Numbered from the stretch's first letter, positions 1 to 7,960 are shown. The stretch: DNA of 38,007 nt from Chloroflexota bacterium (GCA_021840275.1 JAKBYW010000001.1:1-38007), one strand, 5' to 3'. Notes: generated by a model not told the origin, from the letters alone. Program-made: numbers and translations.

Positions 1-470
1 CCAAATATTGCTTTGGCGATGTAATCTCAAGGGAACACAATATTTGGCGTCGGCAAGGTTGGTTATACCCATATATGGGGGTCTCGGCCAAATAAATTAT
101 GCCAACAATTACGCTCCCTCCTTCCAGGGAGCGTAATTGTCTAAAGAAAGGTGCTGTAAACCTTTGGATGTGGGAATACATACATTGGATATGTTTTTCG
201 TGTTTGGCGAATAGCAAAAGACTGATCTAAGCGCGCCTCAAGGTTATACATCTAATGTATAGTCGAGCAACTTAGCGGAAGAGAAACTCACTTCGGCATA
301 ATTTTATATGGTTACTTATACCCATATACATGATATATACCGCGCGGGGCAACTCTGTGTTCAGCTTTGAAACTAAAAATATGCAATTTTGAGCCTAGAT
401 TTGATACTAACATGACTTTCGTTTTGGCTGTTCGTGACTGTCGCTATTGGCAAACACAGCAGTCCCGGAC
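1..470. repeat. Non-coding ~460-nt repeat element, copy 1 (direct repeat of 27443-27905)
   Basis: Colinear hand alignment to 27443-27905 gives ~91% identity over the first 360 nt and ~76% over the next 100. No ORF is conserved. Hairpins 1-10/38-47 and 105-119/126-140 are invariant. The left end is cut by the window edge. Confidence 0.85.
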
Positions 471-662
471 CGCCTATGAGCGATAAACTTAGTGGACAAT
501 TAGAGACACTCACTATAATGAAATACCATTCTTAGATACAACTCAGATCCATGTAAACCATGCTGTCGTAGAATTGCTGTCGTGAGTTGGTGTGATTTTG
601 GAGCGCCAAAATGCCGTATCAGGTTAATAGTTCTGCAAGGATGGCAAATCGGCGGGCATTCT

Positions 663-692
663 TTGAGTGTGATAAAATAAAGTCAATAATAT
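663..692 (+). promoter_or_regulatory. Candidate sigma70-type promoter of the fluoride-riboswitch operon A
   Basis: TTGAGT (663-668), 18-nt spacer, TAATAT (687-692). The predicted start falls at the first G residues of the aptamer (~697). Confidence 0.4.
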
Positions 693-696
693 TTCT

Positions 697-745
697 GGCG
701 ATGAGGCTCGCCAAAACCGTCCTTACCGACTGATAGCCTCTACCG
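697..745 (+). promoter_or_regulatory. Fluoride riboswitch aptamer (crcB motif) #1
   Basis: The sequence is GGCGAUGAGGCUCGCCAAAACCGUCCUUACCGACUGAUAGCCUCUACCG. It has P1 GGCGA/UCGCC, pseudoknot GAGGCU/AGCCUC, a short GUC/GAC hairpin and conserved AAAC and CUGAU segments. It is nearly colinear with the crystallised Thermotoga petrophila aptamer as I recall it. crcB lies downstream in the same operon. Confidence 0.85.
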
Positions 746-779
746 ATTTTCCCCTTTTCGGTAGAGGCTATTTATTTTG
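733..779 (+). terminator. Intrinsic terminator / expression platform of riboswitch #1
   Basis: 14-bp stem ATAGCCTCTACCGA (733-746) / TCGGTAGAGGCTAT (758-771) followed by TTATTTTG. The left arm contains the 3' pseudoknot strand AGCCUCUAC, so aptamer folding and terminator formation are mutually exclusive. It ends 3 nt before the ATG at 782. Confidence 0.85.
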
Positions 780-781
780 CC

Positions 782-2206
782 ATGACGGAACATCTTCTCG
801 AAATCAAAATCACTCAACCAGGTCGTGTGACGGGGCAATACTTTTCCGTGGATGCAGACACGCTTCGTCTCGAAAAGATCGTGCGTCCGGATGAATCCAT
901 CCCCTTTGATGTAGGCATCCTGCCGACAGCGTTAACTCCCTTCAATGAACCGCTTGCCGTCCTTGTCATGGGCAGTCTCTCACATCCCAAAAATACAGAA
1001 TTGGAAGCCAAATTGCTTGGAGCTCTTCAAAGAAAAGAAGAAGCCCCTATTCTTTTGACCATCCCTGTTGTTGACGATTGTGCAATGCAGCGTCTGGATG
1101 AATATGCCGGAGAACAACGCGCTGATATTGTCAGGGTTTTGAGTCGCATCTACCCAGGCGAATGGCATTGGCTGACCGTGGAGGAGGTGGAACCCGCGCT
1201 ACATGCCGCCGCGCTGCGACATCGGCAGAAGCAGGCCGAAGGTAAACTGCCGCATCTTGACCCAGCCTGGCAGCCCATCCGTATGGGCCGCCCCACGGCA
1301 AGTTTTGCAGAGGCAGAACGTTTTACTGCCGCCGAATACACCTTCTATGAATTGCCTCATCGTTTTCAACATTATGTCAGTGAATACCTTGCGCCCGATG
1401 AACGCATCCTTTACGCGGCGCGCCGCCCAGCCATGTACAGCCATCGTAAACACTCCTGGTTTCGTCGAGCGCAATTGCAGGAAGGTGTCCTGATCCTTAC
1501 GAGTCAGCGGCTGATTCAACTAACCGAGCTTATCCCTCCTGACTCAGCGAACGTCCGATATGGGTTTCATGCGACTATCGGTGTACTCGAACGATTGGCA
1601 GAAACAACACTCACATCTCTTGGCCCCAATCTTCTTCTGCGAACCAAATGGAAAGCTGCCGGCGGGGAATCTGCCCTTGAATGGGAATCTCCAAATCATA
1701 CCCGCGCTTCGCTCGATGAATTGATTATGCTTTTGCGTGGATTTCTCACTACTGCAGATGCCTGCGCTCTGCGACGGGCGACTCCGCCCGACCCGCCAGA
1801 AAAACTGCCTTCATTGACAGATACCGCATCAGACGACCCTGAAAAGTTGCTTCTGCTTGATGAGCATTTTTCCAAAGCTGTGACAGATTTCCTCGCCCCC
1901 GATGAGCAAGTCCGCGCGTGGGCGCTTTTACCGAAATGGTCAGATCACCAAAAAACCGATAGGGCGCTTGTTGTAACAGAGAGACGCATCTTCCAGTTGC
2001 CTGACCATTCCATTGACATACCCCTCACGAATATAGCAACATTGGAATACACCAGTTCAATTCTGCAATCGTCGTTAGTAATCAATCATATTCAAGATGG
2101 CAAATCGCAACGAAAAGAGATTTATTTTCCCTATCCTGCACAGGATGCTTTTCGGGATTGTTTTGAAACCGCAAGGCGTTGCATGGCAGTCCTTCCTTTA
2201 TTATGA
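782..2206 (+). CDS. Hypothetical protein: degenerate family-I inorganic-pyrophosphatase-like N-domain plus two bacterial PH-like repeats
   Basis: 474-aa ORF. The N-terminal ~150 aa follow the PPase pattern (IPFDVGILPTALTPFNEPLAVLV vs YPxNYGxIPxTxxxDGDPxDVLV; LLGALQRKEEAPILLTIP; VLSRIYPGEWHWL), but the acidic metal ligands are replaced. There are two segments of the type PDERILYAA...GVLILTSQRLIQL and PDEQVRAWA...RALVVTERRIFQL. Confidence 0.8.
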   Translation: MTEHLLEIKITQPGRVTGQYFSVDADTLRLEKIVRPDESIPFDVGILPTALTPFNEPLAVLVMGSLSHPKNTELEAKLLGALQRKEEAPILLTIPVVDDCAMQRLDEYAGEQRADIVRVLSRIYPGEWHWLTVEEVEPALHAAALRHRQKQAEGKLPHLDPAWQPIRMGRPTASFAEAERFTAAEYTFYELPHRFQHYVSEYLAPDERILYAARRPAMYSHRKHSWFRRAQLQEGVLILTSQRLIQLTELIPPDSANVRYGFHATIGVLERLAETTLTSLGPNLLLRTKWKAAGGESALEWESPNHTRASLDELIMLLRGFLTTADACALRRATPPDPPEKLPSLTDTASDDPEKLLLLDEHFSKAVTDFLAPDEQVRAWALLPKWSDHQKTDRALVVTERRIFQLPDHSIDIPLTNIATLEYTSSILQSSLVINHIQDGKSQRKEIYFPYPAQDAFRDCFETARRCMAVLPLL

Positions 2207-2691
2207 ATTTATTCTTTTGCCCTCAATGTCGCCGACCTTTTGCATCCGTTCAGATATGTCCTGATTGCAGCGTCACTACCGACGCTGTGGCAGATACTTA
2301 CGTTGAAAGGTTATTGGAAACGGTATTATCCAACGAAACCAGTCGCGCAGGGATGGCGGTGGATGTATTAACCAAATGGCTGCATGAACCAAGAGCCATC
2401 CTTCCGTTGACTCTGTTATTGGAAAGAAAGAACGATCCTTATTCATTGGTCATCGGAGCACGAGGCTTGGGATGGCTGGGAGATGCGGCAGCTGTTCCAG
2501 TGTTGGCAAAATTCCTTTTAAACGAGAGCCAGCCCTACGTCGCGCGGGTTGCGGCGGCTGAGGCGCTGGGACGGATTGGTGGAGAAGAGTCCATCCAGGT
2601 ATTGGAGCAAGCGGCGGGAAGTCCGCGCCCCAGTGTGGCAGAGGCAGCATTAGAAAGCCTCCATAAAATAGAACAGGAAATCAAATCATGA
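2203..2691 (+). CDS. Zn-ribbon plus HEAT-repeat (PBS-lyase HEAT-like) protein
   Basis: CPQC...CPDC near the N-terminus, and HEAT-like repeats (ARGLGWLGDAAAVPVLAKFL; ARVAAAEALGRIGGEESIQVLEQA). I chose the ATG at 2203, which overlaps the upstream stop as ATGA. The ORF track starts at 2179. Confidence 0.75.
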   Translation: MNLFFCPQCRRPFASVQICPDCSVTTDAVADTYVERLLETVLSNETSRAGMAVDVLTKWLHEPRAILPLTLLLERKNDPYSLVIGARGLGWLGDAAAVPVLAKFLLNESQPYVARVAAAEALGRIGGEESIQVLEQAAGSPRPSVAEAALESLHKIEQEIKS

Positions 2692-4214
2692 CATTTTATA
2701 GTATCCTTTTCGAAAAGGAAAATATTCAGAAAGAAGCGGCAAAACAACCCGATTTTTTTAGTGACCTGAATTTGGATCAGGTGATAGATGCCATTGCAGC
2801 GCGCAAAAAAGACTATAACCTGAAACCATTCTTCTACAATCACCTGCGCGATGCCGAGACCATCTATTATCGTCATGAAGTAATGCGGGACTTGGAAGAC
2901 AAAGTGTTGATGGCCTGTATCAATGCCTTTGCCGAAAGAATGATCATTGTGCAACGTTACATGAGAATGGTTGAAAAACTGGATTCTCACCACCACAAAC
3001 AAGGCTGGATATTGGAGGCTGTGTTGCTTTATTGCGAGGCTATAACGAATTTTGCACATGAATTGGAAAAAATAAATATAACATCGCGCGGTTTGATCGC
3101 CTTTCACGAATATGTAACAACCTATGTTCATGCCCACACGTTTCAAGCTTTACAGAAGGAAGCGCAAAAGGTCAAGCACGAATTGTCGAGTGTGAAATAC
3201 TGTGTGATCATACAAGAAGGCAGGTTTAGTGTAAGAAGATACGAAGGGGAGACAGACTATAGTATTGAGGTGGAGCAGACCTTCGAGAAATTCAAACAGG
3301 GCGCTGTGAAAAATTACCTGGTTGATCTTTATAAAGGCGCGGGCATGAACCATATCGAAGCGAAAATTCTCGAATTCGTTGCCCTGCTGTATCCCAAACC
3401 TTTTGCCGCGCTCGATCAATTTTGCGCCGTTCACAGCCGATTCATGGATGAGACGATTCTTGTCTTCAATCGCGAGATTCAGTTCTACGTTGCTTATCTT
3501 GAATTCATCGCCGAGATTAAATATAAAGGATTGAATTTTTGTTATCCGCAAATCGGCGTAAATCGTGAGGTGTACGATTACGATGGCTTCGATCTGGCAT
3601 TGGCGAATGCTTTGATTTATACCGAGAAGCCAGTCATCCGCAACGACTTTTATCTCAATAACCCGGAACGTATCATCGTTGTTTCGGGACCGAATCAGGG
3701 CGGCAAGACCACTTTTGCCCGCACCTTTGGACAATTGCACTATCTTGCCAGTCTTGGTTGCCCGGTGCCAGGGCGCGAGGCGCGGCTGTTTCTATTCGAC
3801 CAGATTTTTACCCATTTCGAGAAAGAGGAGGACATTCACAACCTGCGCGGCAAATTGGAGGACGATGTGGCGCGCACTCATGACATCCTTGTCCGCGCCA
3901 CACCAGATAGTATTTTGATAATGAATGAGATTTTCGCATCCACTACCTTAAAGGACGCCGTTTTCTTGAGCAAGGAAATCATGGCGAAAATCATGGAACT
4001 GGATTTGTTGTGCGTGTGGGTGACGTTCATGGATGAGTTGGCTTCCTTGAGCGAGAAAACCATCAGCATGGTCAGCACCGTCGTTCCCGAAAATCCCGCG
4101 ATGAGGGCCTTTAGAATTATCAGAAAGCCTGCTGATGGGCTGGCCTACGCTCTCTCGCTGGCTGAAAAGCATCGATTGACCTACGAACAAATCAAGGAGC
4201 GAATTCAATCATGA
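2688..4214 (+). CDS. MutS-related ATPase (domain III/V only, no mismatch-binding domain), paralog 1
   Basis: Walker A is GPNQGGKTT. The MutS-type Walker B region ILIMNEIFASTT has N in place of the usual D. The N-terminal part is a helical core. Start and stop both overlap neighbours as ATGA. Confidence 0.85.
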   Translation: MTFYSILFEKENIQKEAAKQPDFFSDLNLDQVIDAIAARKKDYNLKPFFYNHLRDAETIYYRHEVMRDLEDKVLMACINAFAERMIIVQRYMRMVEKLDSHHHKQGWILEAVLLYCEAITNFAHELEKINITSRGLIAFHEYVTTYVHAHTFQALQKEAQKVKHELSSVKYCVIIQEGRFSVRRYEGETDYSIEVEQTFEKFKQGAVKNYLVDLYKGAGMNHIEAKILEFVALLYPKPFAALDQFCAVHSRFMDETILVFNREIQFYVAYLEFIAEIKYKGLNFCYPQIGVNREVYDYDGFDLALANALIYTEKPVIRNDFYLNNPERIIVVSGPNQGGKTTFARTFGQLHYLASLGCPVPGREARLFLFDQIFTHFEKEEDIHNLRGKLEDDVARTHDILVRATPDSILIMNEIFASTTLKDAVFLSKEIMAKIMELDLLCVWVTFMDELASLSEKTISMVSTVVPENPAMRAFRIIRKPADGLAYALSLAEKHRLTYEQIKERIQS

Positions 4215-5725
4215 AAGTTTTCCTGATGCATCCCAATCGGGATTTCGACCCAAAGCAAAAACTTCCGTTTAATGAAGACGCATTGACGCAGGACTTGGAA
4301 TTGAACACATTGTTCAACGCAATGGCGCAGGGAGATGAATTTCTGTTTGATGTGGCCAAACAATCTGTTTTGTCCAGTTTGGATTCACCCGATGCCATTC
4401 GCTATCGCCAGGAGATTCTCAGGGATTGCCTGAAAAATCCCGCCATTGTGAGGGAAATCTACAGTATCCCGATAGAGTCAATTGAAAATAAACACAGGCA
4501 TTGGATGGGAATTTTTTCAAAATACCCAAGCAGTATATTAAACGGCGCAGTCGAAATGCTGGAGATGTTCGTCGTCCTGCTCAAAAAATTAAAGCGGATT
4601 GCCGATGAACATGCACAGGAATTCGAATCGCCGGGCTTTCGAAGATTCTTTGCGATGATCCAGCAGGAGTTGGATGATGAGTATTTCGCCGTTGTCGAAA
4701 ATCATCTCAAAGTGCTGAAGTTTCGTAACGGTGTTCTCATCAGCGCTGAACTGGGAAATGGAAACGAGGGAACAAATTACATCCTTCGCAAAACCAATTA
4801 CGACAACCAGAATTGGGTCAAGCGCATCCTTGCGAGAAAATCCCAGGCCTACTCCTATTCCCTTCCTCCCCGCGATGAAGCGGGTGCGCAGGCGCTTGAG
4901 AATTTGAGGAGCAGAGGACTCAACTTGGTGGCCAATGCGGTGGCTCAATCCGCCGATCACATTGATAGTTTTCTCAATAACCTGCGGCTGGAACTGGCTT
5001 TTTACATCGGCTGTTTGAATTTATCCGAGCAGCTCGCCCAATTGGGGGGACCTATTGCATTTCCCCAACCTGCGCCTTCTGACGAGCGCCGACATTCGTT
5101 TACAAGTTTATACGATGTTGCATTGGCGTTGACCATGAAGCAAAAGGTTGTGGGCAACGATGTGAATGCTGATGGCAAAGATCTCGTCATTATCACAGGC
5201 GCCAACCAGGGCGGCAAATCCACTTTTCTGCGAAGTATTGGCCTGGCCCAGCTAATGACGCAGTGCGGGATGTTCGTGCCGGCGAAATCGTTTTCCGCCA
5301 GCTTGATTAAGGGACTTTTCACACACTACAAACGGGAAGAAGACACATCCATGCAAAGCGGTAAGTTCGATGAAGAACTTGGCAGGATGAGTGTGATTGT
5401 GGATCATATCACGCAGGATTCGATGATATTGTTCAATGAGTCGTTTGCCGCAACCAATGAAAGGGAAGGCTCGGAGATTGCGAGACAGATCGTGATGGCC
5501 TTGCTTGAAGAGCGAGCCAAAGTCTTTTATGTCACGCATTTATATGAGCTTGCATACGGTTTTCATGCGAAACAATTGGATAATGCCATTTTCCTGCGGG
5601 CGGATAGAAAATCGGATGGTCTTCGAACCTACAAATTAATCGAGGGAGAACCCCTGCAAACCAGCTATGCCGTGGATGCCTATAATAAGATATTCAGGTT
5701 GAACGAACATGAAAAAGACATTTGA
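4211..5725 (+). CDS. MutS-related ATPase (domain III/V only), paralog 2
   Basis: Walker A is GANQGGKST. The Walker B region MILFNESFAATN again reads NE instead of DE. YVTHLYELA follows. The start overlaps the upstream stop as ATGA. Confidence 0.85.
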   Translation: MKVFLMHPNRDFDPKQKLPFNEDALTQDLELNTLFNAMAQGDEFLFDVAKQSVLSSLDSPDAIRYRQEILRDCLKNPAIVREIYSIPIESIENKHRHWMGIFSKYPSSILNGAVEMLEMFVVLLKKLKRIADEHAQEFESPGFRRFFAMIQQELDDEYFAVVENHLKVLKFRNGVLISAELGNGNEGTNYILRKTNYDNQNWVKRILARKSQAYSYSLPPRDEAGAQALENLRSRGLNLVANAVAQSADHIDSFLNNLRLELAFYIGCLNLSEQLAQLGGPIAFPQPAPSDERRHSFTSLYDVALALTMKQKVVGNDVNADGKDLVIITGANQGGKSTFLRSIGLAQLMTQCGMFVPAKSFSASLIKGLFTHYKREEDTSMQSGKFDEELGRMSVIVDHITQDSMILFNESFAATNEREGSEIARQIVMALLEERAKVFYVTHLYELAYGFHAKQLDNAIFLRADRKSDGLRTYKLIEGEPLQTSYAVDAYNKIFRLNEHEKDI

Positions 5726-5780
5726 TCATTTCTGGTATTCAATTTCAAACCGCTTGAGAAAGGTTGTTTTGCCAAAAGAC

Positions 5781-6155
5781 ATGGAAACGTTTTTGTTGAT
5801 TTCAATAGGTGCGATTTTTGGGGCTAATTTAAGATATTGGGTTGGCGGCTGGGCGGCCACCCGCTTTGGGACTGCATTCCCTTACGGGACTCTGATTATT
5901 AACCTGACCGGCAGTTTTGTACTGGGTCTTTTTATAACACTGGCGACTGAGCGCTTATTGCTGGACCCGCGCTGGCGGTTAGTGGTCGCAATCGGCTTTC
6001 TCGGCGGCTATACAACATTTTCATCGTATACTTTCGAGAGTATGAGTCTGATTCTCAATAATCAATGGCTGCCTGGCTTGTTCGATCTCTTTGGGAGCGC
6101 TTTTTTGGGGGGAGTGGCGGTGTTGTTAGGTATTTTATTAGCAAGAGCCATTTAA
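5781..6155 (+). CDS. crcB: Fluoride ion channel CrcB/FluC
   Basis: FPYGTLIINLTGSFVLG and GFLGGYTTFSSY motifs with 4 predicted TM segments. The ORF track starts at 5709, but that 24-aa extension is atypical for CrcB, so I prefer METFLL at 5781. Confidence 0.85.
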   Translation: METFLLISIGAIFGANLRYWVGGWAATRFGTAFPYGTLIINLTGSFVLGLFITLATERLLLDPRWRLVVAIGFLGGYTTFSSYTFESMSLILNNQWLPGLFDLFGSAFLGGVAVLLGILLARAI

Positions 6156-6169
6156 TCTAAGGAGGCACA

Positions 6170-7432
6170 ATGTCACCGGAACAATTGATGGGAAAGAAAG
6201 TCAAACGGCTTAGCATTTATATCGGCGAAAGTGATCAGTGGCGCGGCAAGGCGCTGTACGTTGCATTAATCGAAACTCTTCGAGCACAGGGAATGGCTGG
6301 CGCAACCGTCTCACGCGGGATGGCGGGGTTTGGCGCGCATTCCGTGGTCCACACCGCCGCGATCCTGCGGCTCTCGCTCGATCTGCCGTTGATCATCAAT
6401 GTGATCGATTCTCCAGAGAAAATCAAGAATGTCCTCAAGATCATTGCCCCAATGGTGGGTGAGGGTTTGATCATTCTTGAAGATGTTGAAGTGGTCAAAT
6501 ATACACATCGTTATTTGAATCCCCTCCCAACCGATAAACCTGTTTCAGAAGTGATGACCAAAAAAATTATTACGCTGGCCGATACCATGTCCGTGGCAGA
6601 AGCATGGGAAAAGATGCTCAAGCATTTGCTCAAAGCTTTACCAGTTTTGAACAAACACGGTGATGTGGTCGGGATGTTGACCGATGAAGATTTGCTCGAA
6701 CGCGCTGGTCTGCAACAGCATTTGTCTGTGGCTGAACGAATGGATGAGCAAACGCTTCAAACAGAGATAACAGCATTGCGAAGCAGTCCGTTCAAAGTAG
6801 CGGATGTAATGACTTCCCCGGCAGTCACAATTCGAGGAGATGAGCCTTTGGGCGTTGCCACAGCACGCATGGTTGAACACGGGATCAAACGACTGCCTGT
6901 TCTCGATGGAAACGGAAAATTAATCGGCGTGCTTTCGCGTGTAGATGTGTTACGGCAGGTGGTTAGTGAGGAAGCGAAGAAACGCGCAGCGAAAGCCCCC
7001 TCCGGCGCAGCCCATACGGTGGGTGACATCATGATCTCTGAAATTCCCACTATTCATGAGGACGCACAACTGGCAGATGTGATCGCCAGCTTCCTGGAGG
7101 CCGGGACCCGCCGCCTGATCGTAACCGACGATGCTGGCCGACCCCTGGGTCTGATTAGTGATGCGGATGTAGTAACGCGGGTACAACCCAGCGCGCGACG
7201 CGGTGTTTTGCAAGCCCTACGTGGCAAACGTAAAGTTTCAGATGAAAAGACATCTGCCGCGCAATTGATGTCTCGTGAAGTGTTGAGTGCAACTCTAGAA
7301 ATATCCCTGACAGACGCCGCGCATCTTATGCTCTCACAAAAGCGCAAATGGATGGTGGTTGTGGATGCTGATGGCAAAGCTGTCGGTCTGGTGGATCGCC
7401 AAATTTTATTCAAGGCACTTTCAGGTCATTAA
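6170..7432 (+). CDS. DUF190 (PII-like, CrcB-associated) domain fused to four CBS domains
   Basis: The N-terminus LSIYIGESDQWRGKALYVALIETLRAQGMAGATVSRGMAGFG matches the DUF190 pattern, followed by four CBS-like units (e.g. VMTKKIITL, VMTSPAVTI, IMISEIPTI, LMSREVLSA). AGGAGG lies 5 nt upstream. Confidence 0.85.
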   Translation: MSPEQLMGKKVKRLSIYIGESDQWRGKALYVALIETLRAQGMAGATVSRGMAGFGAHSVVHTAAILRLSLDLPLIINVIDSPEKIKNVLKIIAPMVGEGLIILEDVEVVKYTHRYLNPLPTDKPVSEVMTKKIITLADTMSVAEAWEKMLKHLLKALPVLNKHGDVVGMLTDEDLLERAGLQQHLSVAERMDEQTLQTEITALRSSPFKVADVMTSPAVTIRGDEPLGVATARMVEHGIKRLPVLDGNGKLIGVLSRVDVLRQVVSEEAKKRAAKAPSGAAHTVGDIMISEIPTIHEDAQLADVIASFLEAGTRRLIVTDDAGRPLGLISDADVVTRVQPSARRGVLQALRGKRKVSDEKTSAAQLMSREVLSATLEISLTDAAHLMLSQKRKWMVVVDADGKAVGLVDRQILFKALSGH

Positions 7433-7716
7433 TCTGATGCCAGTTTTCCCAAAACACTAATTTTTATCACTTGTGCATTCGCCTCGATTTAATTCAATCA
7501 AGGCGTCTGAAGGCTAATGAAGTTGCCATCTCGATTTTGGGTAAGGTTATTGTTGTGCAGTACAAAAACAAGGAAATTTAACATTTCAACCGAGGCCGAA
7601 AACTGTCCAAATACAATGCTAAGTTGGATGAAAACGACTGTTCGCTCGAATTCATGGAAGGCATATCCCGCAACAGACACTGATCTCCAAAAAATAAAAT
7701 CGCTGGCGAACTCCTC

Positions 7717-7746
7717 TTGACGAATGCTCTGATACGGGATTATAGT
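7717..7746 (+). promoter_or_regulatory. Candidate promoter of the M-box/mgtA leader
   Basis: TTGACG (7717-7722), 18-nt spacer, TATAGT (7741-7746), about 15 nt upstream of the M-box. Confidence 0.45.
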
Positions 7747-7761
7747 AATAATGCAAATTGA

Positions 7762-7930
7762 AACCTCGTTAGGCCAGGCGGCTGCAAGGTACACAGGCCA
7801 TTGCCCTGGAACGTCGAAAGACGCCAAAGGGTAGACCAGGTGAAGTCGGATTAAGGCTTCATTCAAAGTGGCTGGGATGTAATGTTACTCCCCTACGACG
7901 CGCAGTGCCAAAGCTAAACCAGGAGGTGGT
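7762..7930 (+). promoter_or_regulatory. M-box (ykoK leader) Mg2+ riboswitch
   Basis: Conserved M-box blocks are present: CGUUAGGCCAGGC, GUCGAAAGACGCCAAAGGGUAGACCAG, GGAUUAAGG, GCUGGGAUG and CAGUGCCAAAGCUAAACC, colinear with the B. subtilis mgtE leader as recalled. It lies upstream of mgtA. Confidence 0.85.
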
Positions 7931-7960
7931 TGTGGGTGTATTTTGTATACATTTAACCGG

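Noticed and set aside
16-38. GGCGATG at the start of the repeat module resembles the 5' end of a fluoride aptamer
   Set aside because: There is no closing UCGCC strand, no pseudoknot partner and no CUGAUG segment. The resemblance is limited to 7 nt.
99-239. 46-codon ORF (MPTITLPPSRERNCLKK...) inside repeat copy 1
   Set aside because: The homologous frame in copy 2 (from 27541) hits a stop after 22 codons. Substitutions between copies show no third-position bias, so the element is treated as non-coding.
1-470. IS element or MITE as the explanation of the 460-nt direct repeats
   Set aside because: No transposase ORF, no terminal inverted repeats and no target-site duplication are visible. This cannot be fully excluded because copy 1 is truncated by the window edge.
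5709-5780. Upstream extension of crcB from the ATG at 5709
   Set aside because: It adds 24 hydrophilic residues not seen in CrcB proteins and overlaps the preceding gene by 17 nt. It is kept as a possible alternative start only.
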